From: an uncultured Nitrososphaerota archaeon
GTDB lineage: Archaea > Thermoproteota > Nitrososphaeria > Nitrososphaerales > Gagatemarchaeaceae
Length of the DNA: 64,000 bases
Direction of reading: 5' to 3'
Assembly (NCBI GenBank): GCA_963718895.1
Contig: CAVRAG010000008.1
Location: 576,001 to 640,000, forward strand
The stretch's first letter is position 1, and the number at the start of each line of letters is the position of its first letter. The position numbers and the translations under genes were made by a program. The notes beneath the pieces are model-generated. The model made no database searches. It saw only the letters and a list, made by a program, of their open reading frames with translations, and was not told the DNA's origin. Below are positions 1-10,084 of this stretch, piece by piece.

Positions 1-387
1 GGCACCGCACTTGTAGTGCTCCCTGCTAGGCCGCCTCGACACGACAGTCCTTATTCCGAAGTCGTTGAGGTCCCTAACCTTCTCGTCGACGATCTTCACC
101 GTCTGGTCGTTGGAATCGTCGGCTATCACGACCTGCAGCATCTCCTTGGGATAGTCGATATGCTTCAGCGCCTCCAGCGAGCGCTCGATCACGTATCTCT
201 CGTTGTAGGAAGCTATCAGCACAGACACCATCGGGTGGCTCTTCAGCAGGACCGTCCGGCTCTCAAGATCCCTCGGATACCTGGTCGAGGTCCCGAGAAG
301 GACCAGCCAGTAGTACTCGAGGCCGAGAACGGGGACCGTTATGGCCAAGGTGACGATTTCGATGAGGAACCAGACTTGTACTACCAA
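1..387 (-). CDS. GT2 family glycosyltransferase (cellulose synthase-like), partial; continues beyond window start
   Basis: Not in ORF track. Manual minus-strand translation from TTG at 387 gives an N-terminal TM helix then PMVSVLIASYNERYVIERSLEALKHIDYPKEMLQVVIADDSND...HYKCGA. Confidence 0.85.
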   Translation of the reverse strand, partial: MVVQVWFLIEIVTLAITVPVLGLEYYWLVLLGTSTRYPRDLESRTVLLKSHPMVSVLIASYNERYVIERSLEALKHIDYPKEMLQVVIADDSNDQTVKIVDEKVRDLNDFGIRTVVSRRPSREHYKCGA

Positions 388-689
388 TTATCTGAAACCC
401 TAGCCGACGCAATGCCACCGTTTCGACTTGTTATGTAAGCCTTTGGATAGTTTTCCGTCGATATTACGTCGTTTTCACCCGTTTGCGGGGATCGGCCCGT
501 CGGGTTGAGACGTCACTCGCTAGTCCAGATTCAATCCGCCCGTTGGCAGGCCATCTTCGGCCCCCCTTGTCCAGGTTCAGAAAAGGCGAGGTCGGAACCG
601 AACTGATGACCCAACCCAACAGAGATATAGCCATTCCAGGCGCGGACTGAGAGGAACAGGCGGCCTTCCAAACCGGTAGAGAATAGAAA

Positions 690-1868
690 ATGGTCTTGCG
701 CAGAGTTTACTTCGCCGTCTTCGGCTCCGGGCTCGGCCATGCAAGCCGAATCGTGGAGATAGCACAACGTCTTAGAAGGGGCGGTGACGAGTTCCGCTAT
801 TCGTGCTCCGGACAGGCGCTGGACTACATCGCGACGCAGGCCCAGGGGGGGACCTTGGTGAAGAGCCCATCCCTGGACGTCGAATGGACGGAAGAGGGGA
901 GCTTCGCCTCCAAGGATTTCATCCCTCGTTTCCCTTACATGTTCAGCGCCTTCCTGAGGCAGGTCGCGTTCGAACGCGAGAGCATAGCCAAATTCAACCC
1001 CAAGGTGGTCGTCTCGGACTCCAGGCTCTCGCCCATCCTGGCTTCAAGGGCCAAGTCCTATCCGGTCATCACCATGCTGAACCAGTTCAAGGTCAGTTTC
1101 CCGCCAAGGTTCAGCGGGAAGGGCGTGGGGCGGATATACGAGCGGTTCGCCGGCGACGTCCTTGGGCTCCTCTGGTCTCTCAGCGACGAGATACTGATGA
1201 CCGACCTCCCGCCCCCTTACACGATCGGAGAGGCCAACCTTGCCGGGACGGACGTCTCGAACATCGTGAGATATGTCGGATTCACTTCGCCGGAGGCCAG
1301 GCCCAGCGAGGAGAGCGTCCAGAGGGCCAAGAGGGCGCTCGACATTGACGACAGACCCCTCGCGTTCTTCCAAATCAGCGGACCAGACGTCACCAAGAGG
1401 ACGTTCGTCGACACCGTCATCCAAGCCACGGATGCGCTCGCGAAGAGCTACAACATGGTCATCTCGATGGGGCACCCGAACGGTTCCGGGAAGCCAAAGA
1501 AGCTCGCGAACGGGGCCTGGATCTACGACTGGTGCCCCATCAAGGACGAGCTCTTCTCTCTATCGAGCCTGGTGGTCGCTAGGGCGGGTCACAGGACGAT
1601 AGGGCAGTGCATCGACGCCGGGAAGCCCGCGGTCCTCGTCCCCATTCACAACCACTCCGAGCAGATAGGAAACGCGAACAAGTTCAGCAAGCTGGGGCTC
1701 GGGATAGACATCAGGTCCGAGAAGCTGACCGCCCAGAATCTCACGGAGTCGGTAGAGACCTGTCTCGGCGACCCCAGATACAGGGACAGCGTCGAGAGGC
1801 TTCGGGCCATTTCCAAGAAGTATAACGGAATCCAACGATGCTCCGAGATAATCGAATCGTACACCTGA
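690..1868 (+). CDS. GT-B fold glycosyltransferase (GT28/MJ1255-like)
   Basis: GSGLGHASR N-terminal motif; C-terminal ARAGHRTI...GKPAVLVP...EQIGNA. Confidence 0.85.
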   Translation: MVLRRVYFAVFGSGLGHASRIVEIAQRLRRGGDEFRYSCSGQALDYIATQAQGGTLVKSPSLDVEWTEEGSFASKDFIPRFPYMFSAFLRQVAFERESIAKFNPKVVVSDSRLSPILASRAKSYPVITMLNQFKVSFPPRFSGKGVGRIYERFAGDVLGLLWSLSDEILMTDLPPPYTIGEANLAGTDVSNIVRYVGFTSPEARPSEESVQRAKRALDIDDRPLAFFQISGPDVTKRTFVDTVIQATDALAKSYNMVISMGHPNGSGKPKKLANGAWIYDWCPIKDELFSLSSLVVARAGHRTIGQCIDAGKPAVLVPIHNHSEQIGNANKFSKLGLGIDIRSEKLTAQNLTESVETCLGDPRYRDSVERLRAISKKYNGIQRCSEIIESYT

Positions 1869-1908
1869 CGTGGCGCGGGGCTCGCTCCTCGGCACTCGGG
1901 GCACAGGC

Positions 1909-2889
1909 TCAGATGTTGTAGATTACCTTGCTGCCCTGGAAGTCGAACCTGAACCGGTATTCGACCAGGCCCTCCTTCTCGAGCGCGGCCTTGACCTTGC
2001 GCCTCCCTTCTTCGCAGTAGAGCATCAAGAAACCGCCGCCGCCTGCACCGACGACCTTCCCGCCGAGTGCGCCGTTCTTCAGTGCGATGGAGTACCAAGA
2101 GTCTATGCTATGGTTCGTAATGCTGTCCGCGACACCCCGCTTGACGGTCCAGTGCTCGTGGAGCAACTCACCGAACCTCCTCAGATCTCCCTTCTCGAGG
2201 CTCTTCTTGCTCTCGAGCCCTATCGACTTGATTCGGTGCATCTTCTCGACCGCGTCGTCGTCCTCTGTGACCCTCTTCTGCTGCTTGCCGAGGATCTCGC
2301 TGGCGCTCCTCTTGATCCCCGTGTAGAACATCATGATCCCGTACTCGAGCTCCGAGAGCGTGTCTTCGGCTATCTTGAGTTCCTTGGCGGTCACCTTCCC
2401 CCGTCTGTCTATCTCGTACGCCCTCAACCCACCCAGGCTCGCCGCATACTCGTCCTGCTTCCCCGACGGCTCGTGGAGCCTGTTCTGGGCGATGTCGCAG
2501 GCGGCTTCTGCCACCTGCCCGGGCGTCTTGACGATCCTCTGGTGAGCATAGAGGGCATTGAGGAGCCCGACCGTGAAGCTCCCGGAGGAGCCGAGTCCGG
2601 TGGCCGCCGGGACGTCCGCCAGGGAGACGATCTCGATCCTGTCCTTGAAGTTGAGAAGCTTCAGGGCCTCCCTCACCAGGGGGTGGCGGATAGACAGCGG
2701 AGAATCGACGATCTCCGTCTGCGAGTAGCTGACCCTGATCCCGGGCTCGAACCGGTCGTTGACAACGATGTGCATGTACTTGTCGACAGCTCCGGAGATG
2801 AAGAAGCCACCATACTTTGAGTAGTAGAAGGGAAGGTCAGTCCCGCCACCTCCGAGCGGCAATCTGAACGGCGTCCTCGAGACAATCAT
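1909..2889 (-). CDS. hddA: GHMP kinase, HddA-like D-glycero-D-manno-heptose-7-phosphate kinase
   Basis: RTPFRLPLGGGGTD, PAATGLGSSG, GKQD and GAGGGGF motifs; adjacent to gmhA. Confidence 0.8.
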   Translation of the reverse strand: MIVSRTPFRLPLGGGGTDLPFYYSKYGGFFISGAVDKYMHIVVNDRFEPGIRVSYSQTEIVDSPLSIRHPLVREALKLLNFKDRIEIVSLADVPAATGLGSSGSFTVGLLNALYAHQRIVKTPGQVAEAACDIAQNRLHEPSGKQDEYAASLGGLRAYEIDRRGKVTAKELKIAEDTLSELEYGIMMFYTGIKRSASEILGKQQKRVTEDDDAVEKMHRIKSIGLESKKSLEKGDLRRFGELLHEHWTVKRGVADSITNHSIDSWYSIALKNGALGGKVVGAGGGGFLMLYCEEGRRKVKAALEKEGLVEYRFRFDFQGSKVIYNI

Positions 2890-3034
2890 TGGCTACCCGT
2901 TGGGCCCCTGTCTGGGCGCATTTATGCCTAGGACCTAGTCCGCAGCCGCCGGCAAGAGGCACGAAAGAAGGGTCGACTGTCACCGAGCCCAACGGACAAA
3001 GCTAATTAACGAAGCGACGGGCGGCGAAAAGGAC

Positions 3035-3652
3035 TTGTCGCGCACGCACGAGTACCTAGACGAAGTCTCGGAGATAGTCGGGAAGCTGGACAGGCGCTCC
3101 ATCGACAAAGCGATCGCGATACTCTACGGGGCCTGGAAGAACGACCGTCAGGTGTTCACCATCGGCAACGGCGGGAGTGCTTCGACAAGCACTCACTTCG
3201 CCTGCGACCTCAACAAGTGGGTCTCCGACGAGGCGGGGAGGAAGTTCAGGGCGTTCTCCCTCGTCGACAACATCCCCCTGATGAGCGCGCTGACCAACGA
3301 CAACGGGTGGAGCGACGTCTACTACGAACAGCTGAGGAACTTCTTCCGGAAGGGTGACGTCCTCGTCGCAATCAGCGTCCACGGAGGCTCGGGCAGCGAC
3401 AAAGCGGGCCCGTGGTCCCAGAACCTCCTCAAGGCCGTGAAGTACGCAAAGGAGAGCGGCGGGAAGGTCATCGGACTCTCCGGGTTCGACGGAGGCGTCC
3501 TGAAGACCGCCTCGGACGCGTGCGTGGTCGTCCCGGCAGACTCCACCCCCCACGTCGAAGGGATGCATCTTGTTCTCACGCATCTGATGTGCGAGCAGCT
3601 GAGAGAGAAGATCTCGGTTCGGGGCAAGAAGCGCGAGAAGGGAAGCTACTGA
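3035..3652 (+). CDS. gmhA: SIS-domain phosphoheptose isomerase
   Basis: GNGGSASTSTHFACD, ALTND, GFDGG, HVEGMH. Confidence 0.8.
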   Translation: MSRTHEYLDEVSEIVGKLDRRSIDKAIAILYGAWKNDRQVFTIGNGGSASTSTHFACDLNKWVSDEAGRKFRAFSLVDNIPLMSALTNDNGWSDVYYEQLRNFFRKGDVLVAISVHGGSGSDKAGPWSQNLLKAVKYAKESGGKVIGLSGFDGGVLKTASDACVVVPADSTPHVEGMHLVLTHLMCEQLREKISVRGKKREKGSY

Positions 3653-3768
3653 GGAGCGGTCGTCCCCTTGCAGGCTGAACGGCCGGGGGCCGCAATCCCG
3701 TCATAGGTCCGACCAAGGTCAGCAATTCTTATAGTCCTTCTCCCACCCCCGATGACAAGTGTAGACGG

Positions 3769-4446
3769 TTGGTACAGATATTTCTCGATACCGCGTCCCT
3801 GGCAGAGATTGAGGAGTTCGTGCGATGGGGGATTGCCGACGGAGTCACCACGAACCAGAAGATCTTCCTCTCCGAGGGGGGCGTGGACTTCAAGAGGCGG
3901 GTCCTGGATATCTGCGGCCTCGTCAACGGCCCCGTCAGCGTGGAGACGACCAAGAACACGGTTCCCGAGCTGATAGAGGAGGGCAAGGAATACGCTTCCT
4001 GGCACGGGAACGTCGTCGTGAAGGTGGCGATGTTCGGGGACGGGAGAGGCCTCCATGTAGTGAACCAGCTGGCAAGGTCAGGCATCAAGACCAACATGAC
4101 CGTCATGATGACCTTCAACCAGCTGATCCTCGCCGCCAAAGCAGGCGCGACCTACGTCTCCCTCTTCTACAACCGATCGAAGGAGGCCGGACAGGACCCA
4201 GTGCAGATAATCAGGGACTACGCGGCGACTTCCAAGGAGCAGAACATCCCGGCGAGGCTGATAGTGGGCAGCATCAGGACCCCGGAGGACGTCGCGACCG
4301 CCATCGCGGCGGGCGCCCACGTGATGACCATCCCCTCGAAGGTCCTGAGACAGATGCCCTTCAACAAGAGGAGCGAGGAGACCGTCGCAGAGTTCGACAA
4401 GGCCTGGCAAGAGTTTCTCGCCGCCAATGCAAAGAAACCAGCCTAG
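3769..4446 (+). CDS. tal: Transaldolase / fructose-6-phosphate aldolase family
   Basis: IFLDTA, GVTTN, GPVSVE, Schiff-base VVVK, SIR. Confidence 0.85.
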   Translation: MVQIFLDTASLAEIEEFVRWGIADGVTTNQKIFLSEGGVDFKRRVLDICGLVNGPVSVETTKNTVPELIEEGKEYASWHGNVVVKVAMFGDGRGLHVVNQLARSGIKTNMTVMMTFNQLILAAKAGATYVSLFYNRSKEAGQDPVQIIRDYAATSKEQNIPARLIVGSIRTPEDVATAIAAGAHVMTIPSKVLRQMPFNKRSEETVAEFDKAWQEFLAANAKKPA

Positions 4447-4509
4447 GGACCGGATCTCCACTTTCGAAGAGTTCAGTTATTAAACAGGACAGGAGGAAGG
4501 CCCGTTTCG

Positions 4510-5488
4510 ATGAGAAGAGCCCTGGTCACCGGCGGCCTGGGGTTCATCGGGAGCCACCTCGTCGACAGGCTGCTCAGAGACGGTTGGGAGGCGGTCGTCC
4601 TCGACAACCTCCTTACCGGAAACCGTAGCAACCTGGAGCAACACAGGGATGACCCGAGGCTACGAATCATAGAGGGGGACATCCGGGACCTCCAAACGGT
4701 CATCGAGGCTTCGAGAGGGTGTGACGCCGTCTTCCACCTGGCTGCGCACGCCCTGATGCGCGTCAGCCTCGGCGATCACAGAGCCGACCTCAACTACAAC
4801 GTCATCGGGACGCTGAACGTCCTTGAGGGCATGTCCGCGAACAGGATACCAGACCTCGTCTTCGCCTCCACGTCGGCGCTCTATGGGGAAGCGGAGGTTG
4901 TGCCGACGCCGGAGGAGTACTCGGGGATCCAGACGTCACTCTACGGCGCTGCGAAGCTCGCCGGCGAGGCGTACGCCTCGGCCTTCGTTCAATTCACACC
5001 GATGAAGTTCTGGGCCTTCAGGTTCGGGACGGTTCTGGGCGAGAGGTGCAGGAGAGGCGCCATCTGGGACTTTGAGCACAAGCTACAGAAGGATCCCTCG
5101 GAGCTCGAGATACTGGGGGACGGCAGGCAGAGCAAGGACTACCTCTCTGTCAGTGACTGCGTCGACGGCATCATGGTGGGGTACGAGAGGAGTTCGAGAC
5201 CCGTCAACATCTTCAATCTCGGTCTTCAGGAGCAGACGACGGTCGACGAGCTGGCGGACATCGTGATCCAGGAGATGGGGCTCCAGAACGTAAGGAAGAG
5301 ATACACGGGAGGGCCCCGGGGGTGGGTCGGGGACAACCCGGTGGTCTACCTCTCGATCAAGAAGATTCACGACTTGGGTTGGAGGCCGAAGTCCTCACCA
5401 AGGGACGTCATAAGACAGACCGCGAGATGGACCCTCAGGGAGATAGGCGGAGCGAAAGGGGGACTCCAGCCCCGATCAGGTCGGTTGA
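4510..5488 (+). CDS. NAD-dependent epimerase/dehydratase 1 (UDP-glucose 4-epimerase-like); appears fused in-frame to the next gene
   Basis: GGLGFIG, STSALYG, YGAAK. Removing one G from the G5 run at ~5458-5462 gives TGA at 5486-5488. Confidence 0.75.
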
Positions 5489-5493
5489 TCGGC

Positions 5494-6474
5494 ATGACCA
5501 AAGTCGCAGTGACCGGAGGTGCGGGGTTCCTCGGGTCCAACCTCGTGAAGCGCCTCCTCGACGACGGCCACGATGTCTCCGTGGTCGACAACCTATCTTC
5601 CGGGTCCCTGGAGAACCTCAGGGGGCTCGGCATCGACCAAGAGTGCACTGTCGGTGACCTCAAGGACCATGGATTTGCACGCGACTCGCTTCGGGGAGCC
5701 GAGGCGGTCTTTCACCTGGCTGCGGAGGTCGGCAGCGTGGCGTATCTCCACGGGTCGGACGCCCGGGAGTTGGCAGCGCTGCAGGCCAACCTGGTGATCG
5801 ACACAAACGTCTTCCGGGCTTGCTTGGAGAACGGGGTCCGCAGCGTGGTGTACGCTTCCAGCGTCTCGGTCTACCCCTTCGACCAGCAGCTGGGCTCTCA
5901 CGTCCGGTTCAAAGAGGAGGACTCGGAGACGCACCTGAACCCCGAGGGAGGGTACGGGTGGTCGAAGTACATGGGGGAGAAGCAGCTCTCGCTGATGCGG
6001 GAGACCTCTGTCGGCGTGGCGAGGATCTTCCATGCGTACGGACAGAACTTGTACCTCAGGCCGGACCGGAGCCAGGTCATCGCCTCACTGATGAGGAAGG
6101 CCATAAGGTATCCAAAGGAAGGGTTCGTGGTCTGGGGCGACGGTAGCCAGAGGAGGTGCTTCGTCTACGTGGTCGACGCGGTCGACGCTCTCGCGAGGTT
6201 GCTGGATAGAGCCGAAAAGGGCGAGAGCCTCACCGTCAACGTGGGCTCAACGGAGGAGGTCACCGTCCGCGAGCTCGCAGACATGGTTATCTCCAGGTCC
6301 GGGAAGAGAATCCCCCTCAGCTTCGACAAATCAAAGCCCACGGGCGCCCTTAACAGGACTCCCGACCTGAGCAGGGCGAAGAGGGTCCTCGGTTGGGCGC
6401 CGACAACGACTCTCTCGGAGGGCCTGAGCAGCACGTACACGTGGGCGGAGAAGAGGCTCGCCGAGGATCGCTGA
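5494..6474 (+). CDS. NAD-dependent epimerase/dehydratase 2 (GDP-mannose 3,5-epimerase-like)
   Basis: MTKVAVTGGAGFLG, YGWSK, VWGDGSQRRCF. Confidence 0.8.
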   Translation: MTKVAVTGGAGFLGSNLVKRLLDDGHDVSVVDNLSSGSLENLRGLGIDQECTVGDLKDHGFARDSLRGAEAVFHLAAEVGSVAYLHGSDARELAALQANLVIDTNVFRACLENGVRSVVYASSVSVYPFDQQLGSHVRFKEEDSETHLNPEGGYGWSKYMGEKQLSLMRETSVGVARIFHAYGQNLYLRPDRSQVIASLMRKAIRYPKEGFVVWGDGSQRRCFVYVVDAVDALARLLDRAEKGESLTVNVGSTEEVTVRELADMVISRSGKRIPLSFDKSKPTGALNRTPDLSRAKRVLGWAPTTTLSEGLSSTYTWAEKRLAEDR

Positions 6475-6589
6475 AGACGGGGCGAAGGGCCGCGCAGGGT
6501 GCTTGCTCGCGCCCAGGAGCGACGAGACGGTCATCCCCCGGAGCCTGCAACCCCACAGGAGATCCGAATCTAGGCTCCCACCTAGGTCG

Positions 6590-7081
6590 ATGCTAAATAG
6601 AGAGTCGTCGGAAAGCACGAGGGAATCGCCTACGCGCCTCACCACGACGTTCCATCGAAAGCTGAACGCGCCCAGGAGAACGGTGTTCCGGTTGATAACC
6701 GACTACGAGAAACTTCAGGAGACGTTCCCGCAGATCTTCCTCTCGTTCAGGGTCCTGGAGAGGTCGAGGGGCGAGGTGGTCACTGAGGAGAAGGTCTTCA
6801 TGGTCGGGGTGACGATGACGCAACTATGCAGGCACATGACCAAGTCGCAGACGACCCACATTGTCCGGATAATGACCGGTGACCTAGCAGGAAGCACGAT
6901 TGTAGAGCGTTACTCCTCGGATTCAGACGGCGGGACGACCGTCCACGTCGAGGCCGATTTCGTGCTGGGCGGGTTGCTGTCATTGCTTCCAACGTTCGTC
7001 GCCCGGCCACTCATCGAAAACAACGTGGGACGAGTCTTCGACGAATTGGACGCCGTGCTAGGAACTGGCGCTAGAGCGTGA
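6590..7081 (+). CDS. SRPBCC / polyketide cyclase (START-like) family protein; start uncertain
   Basis: LNAPRRTVFRLITDYEKL pattern, beta strands and C-terminal helix typical of SRPBCC. Confidence 0.65.
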   Translation: MLNRESSESTRESPTRLTTTFHRKLNAPRRTVFRLITDYEKLQETFPQIFLSFRVLERSRGEVVTEEKVFMVGVTMTQLCRHMTKSQTTHIVRIMTGDLAGSTIVERYSSDSDGGTTVHVEADFVLGGLLSLLPTFVARPLIENNVGRVFDELDAVLGTGARA

Positions 7082-8144
7082 TCATCTGCGCGAACGAAAT
7101 TGCCTGTTGGAGGAACGCTCTGGGGTCAATGGTAACACTGGTCGGCTGAAGCTCTACTCCGTATCGGGCCTGGTTCTCCATCATGTGCGACAGGACGGCC
7201 TGAGACAGACTCGCCTGCTCTAGCAGTCCCATTTTCCTACGGAACACGGGCATAAGAAAGTCATAGGCCGTTTCGTAAAAGGCGTATTTTCTGAGCACCC
7301 TCCGACCATATCTGTCGAGGTCGTCGATGTTCTTGACGAGGAGCTCGGAGCACTCCAGTGTCGGGATTATGCCCTCGCCCAGCAGGGGAAAGACGGTCCC
7401 GATGCTCTCTCCCACGCCGACGACCCGGCCGGATCTGAAAGGTTGGCAGAACCTCGGAGGGCAGAGTCGTATCGGCCTTCCTACGATCTTCTCCCTTTCT
7501 CCCCCGTGGCGCTCGAAGAACGCCTCTATCGCTCTAATGTGGCCATGATTCAGGTCGCCCGCGCCCACGTGAGCCCAGCCTCCGCCCAACGGGAAGTACC
7601 ACAGATAACCGCCCATCCCCTCCAGAATCTCGATGTAAAAGTCCCGGAACGGCGGTCGCTCATACTTTACCCTGTACTGCACACACGGAATCCGTAGCTC
7701 GTGGCTCTTTATCTTCGGAAGGAGGACCCTCAGCCCGGTGGCGTCGATTACGAGGTCGTAGCCCTTTAGATCTTCTTCGTTCTTCACCCAGGTGCCGTAC
7801 CGGATGTCGTGTCCACGGCGCATCTCCTCCAATAGACTGTGCTTGTCGAAGCTGACTAGCCCGCACGTTCGGCTCTCGATCTCCATCCCTCCCACAGAGG
7901 TGAGGATGCTACGCCCCTCGTGCAGGATGTGGTCGTCGAAGTCGATGTCGCAATCCTCGGCGAACCGACGGATGTAATCCTTGCTCGTCCCCCAAGCGCA
8001 GACACACTCGAACCGCTCCTTCGGATAGCGTTCGAAGCCGGTGACCTCGTTAGTGCGGCTCAGCTGATTAATGAGATAGGAGCCAGCTACGCCCATCCCA
8101 ACAACCGCAATCTTCAATGCCTCGATTTGAGCCATCGTGCTCAT
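7071..8144 (-). CDS. FAD-dependent oxidoreductase, geranylgeranyl reductase family
   Basis: GMGVAG Rossmann motif, CAWG, DATG, GYLWYFP, GESIGTVFPLLGEGI. Confidence 0.8.
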   Translation of the reverse strand: MSTMAQIEALKIAVVGMGVAGSYLINQLSRTNEVTGFERYPKERFECVCAWGTSKDYIRRFAEDCDIDFDDHILHEGRSILTSVGGMEIESRTCGLVSFDKHSLLEEMRRGHDIRYGTWVKNEEDLKGYDLVIDATGLRVLLPKIKSHELRIPCVQYRVKYERPPFRDFYIEILEGMGGYLWYFPLGGGWAHVGAGDLNHGHIRAIEAFFERHGGEREKIVGRPIRLCPPRFCQPFRSGRVVGVGESIGTVFPLLGEGIIPTLECSELLVKNIDDLDRYGRRVLRKYAFYETAYDFLMPVFRRKMGLLEQASLSQAVLSHMMENQARYGVELQPTSVTIDPRAFLQQAISFAQMITL

Positions 8145-8291
8145 ATATCCTTTCCCTGGCCGGGCAGACCGATTTCATCAGGTCGCGCTTCATCTCATAT
8201 CGAAGCCAACTGAGTTGGAGAAAGAACTCACCCTCGAACATCCTAGAGCCCGCAAAGGCTTAAATCGAGCCGCACCTGAAATCACCCTTGG

Positions 8292-9245
8292 ATGCCTACA
8301 GGAATCCTCATCCCCTGTTCTGAGATAGAATCGAGTTCAGGTGGGCCGATAACGGTCGACACCATCGAAGTCAGTGCCGTCGCAATACCGAGCGTCGAGC
8401 TGAAGGACTTCAATGGAGTGTTCAGCTACGCGTCGTCCAAGGCCAAGAATGTTGAAATCGAGATGGAACTGTCTATTTGCAGCACGTTCTGCGGAGTGGT
8501 ATGCGTGCCATGGCCCATTTGCTGCGTCGGCGTCTCCGGAGGGCTCGCCATATCCAGCTTCACTCAAACCAGCAACCTGGGAGACATCACCATGAACAGC
8601 GGAAGCTTCTGCATGTCGTCGCCGGTGATGGATTTCGGTCCGTTCAGCATGAGCATTCCTCCTCTCGGAGGGGCCGTAAAGACCACAGTTGCAAAAATCC
8701 AGGTCGGCGAGATAAACATGCAGTGCACCGACGTCCCGATGCAAAACCCACTTGGGATAACCCTTGGCGACTCTTTTCAGGTGCCCAACCCGATGGCACC
8801 GATGGACGTTAACATCAAAGGCACTGAGATAGATGAAATCTCTTCGACCACCATATCCACTCCTCCGGCCACGGTGAAGAACATCAAGGCGCTGAACATT
8901 AACATCCCCTCTGTCACGACCAAACCCATCAACATAGCCTCGTCAACGGCGATGTCCGTGAGCATGTCGATGCCATTGTACAACGACGGTTCTACTCTCG
9001 GGAAGAAGGTAACCAGGACCGGGAGCGCCGAATGCGGGCAGATAAAGAGCAACGTGACTCTGAACGTCTCCTCGGTGTTGCTGAAGATAAAGTGCGGACT
9101 GGAATTCACCAACGTGAAGGGTAACGTTACCACCAGCTCGGCGAGTTCGGGGCCGTTTGACATAGATCTCGACCTCAAAGGACTCACGATCAAGGGATTG
9201 AGCATCCTCGGTCTGCAGATGCCCGAAGTCGAGGTTGACCTCTAG
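8292..9245 (+). CDS. Hypothetical beta-rich protein with Cys-rich loop and 5-residue periodicity
   Basis: 317 aa ORF with upstream TTAAAT; CSTFCGVVCVPWPICC loop; rich in S/T/I/V. Confidence 0.75.
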   Translation: MPTGILIPCSEIESSSGGPITVDTIEVSAVAIPSVELKDFNGVFSYASSKAKNVEIEMELSICSTFCGVVCVPWPICCVGVSGGLAISSFTQTSNLGDITMNSGSFCMSSPVMDFGPFSMSIPPLGGAVKTTVAKIQVGEINMQCTDVPMQNPLGITLGDSFQVPNPMAPMDVNIKGTEIDEISSTTISTPPATVKNIKALNINIPSVTTKPINIASSTAMSVSMSMPLYNDGSTLGKKVTRTGSAECGQIKSNVTLNVSSVLLKIKCGLEFTNVKGNVTTSSASSGPFDIDLDLKGLTIKGLSILGLQMPEVEVDL

Positions 9246-9560
9246 GTGGCAAAGGCGCCGAGCAAATCCGCCAAGACCCATCCGGCGAGCGCCGCTCCAC
9301 GGGGGACGGTGCACCTGAAGCAGGAGGAACTGCGGAGGGTGGACGAACTGCGCGTCAACATAGTAAAGAAGAGCAAGACGCAAGCCAAGCCGGACATAGA
9401 ATCGACGCTCGAACTGATGTATCTCCGGGTCTTGAGCCGAGTCAAGAACAGAGGATCGATGGAGAAAGAACTCAAGGACCTGAAGAGCCTCCTGGACAAG
9501 GCGGGCGCCAAGATGACAGAGATACTCGACAAAGCAGACTCGCCGACCGCTTCAAAGTGA
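9246..9560 (+). CDS. Hypothetical basic helical protein
   Basis: Abuts stop of previous gene; Lys-rich, helical pattern. Confidence 0.65.
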   Translation: MAKAPSKSAKTHPASAAPRGTVHLKQEELRRVDELRVNIVKKSKTQAKPDIESTLELMYLRVLSRVKNRGSMEKELKDLKSLLDKAGAKMTEILDKADSPTASK

Positions 9561-9704
9561 AGATTCGGTGTGTCCACAAACTCCGACCAGTAGATGAGAT
9601 AAGGTGTAGGCGGTGCGGACCACCCGGACTCCCGAGTCCCACCACGGGTAGGTGACAGGTGGGTAACGTTTATTACCGGAGGCTTCCCGAGAAATTCGAT
9701 TAGG

Positions 9705-9998
9705 TTGCCAGCTGCGAAGACCATGAAGCAATCAGCGGTAGAGGCCGCAAACCCTGCGACGATAACCATACCCACGCTTTCATCTCTCTTTGCGCCGATC
9801 AGATTCGTCAACAATTCCACTACAGTCCCCAAGGCTTCCGGTAACTGCAACTGCGGATGCTGCGAACAAAGGTCGACCACCGTGTGCCTCACCTTCGATA
9901 CCTCTCTCCTGCAGAGCCTGGTCAACATGTTCCCCAAGATCCAGGTAACGAACAACGTCACCACCTGTGACGACGAAGAAGACGAAGACGAGAAGTAA
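9705..9998 (+). CDS. Hypothetical small Cys-cluster protein with acidic tail
   Basis: CNCGCC motif, DDEEDEDEK tail; TTTATTA upstream. Confidence 0.6.
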   Translation: MPAAKTMKQSAVEAANPATITIPTLSSLFAPIRFVNNSTTVPKASGNCNCGCCEQRSTTVCLTFDTSLLQSLVNMFPKIQVTNNVTTCDDEEDEDEK

Positions 9999-10084
9999 CG
10001 CGAGAATGGTCGGAACCTAGGCGAGACTTCGGGGTCTCTCCGCCGCCAGGGCGGCCGTCGTCCACGCCTACACTTGAACAAAGA

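Noticed and set aside
16-438. Plus-strand 140 aa ORF
   Set aside because: Antisense shadow of the minus-strand GT2 gene.
1870-2820. Long antisense or alternate-frame ORFs (also 9242-10081, 12303-12956, 34258-35160, 54902-56488, 59111-60109)
   Set aside because: They overlap well-supported genes and are expected from high GC3; no recognisable motifs.
4510-6474. Apparent 654 aa double-epimerase fusion
   Set aside because: Deleting one G from the G5 run at ~5458-5462 creates TGA five bases before the second ATG. This matches the +1 error pattern in the window, so two genes are more likely.
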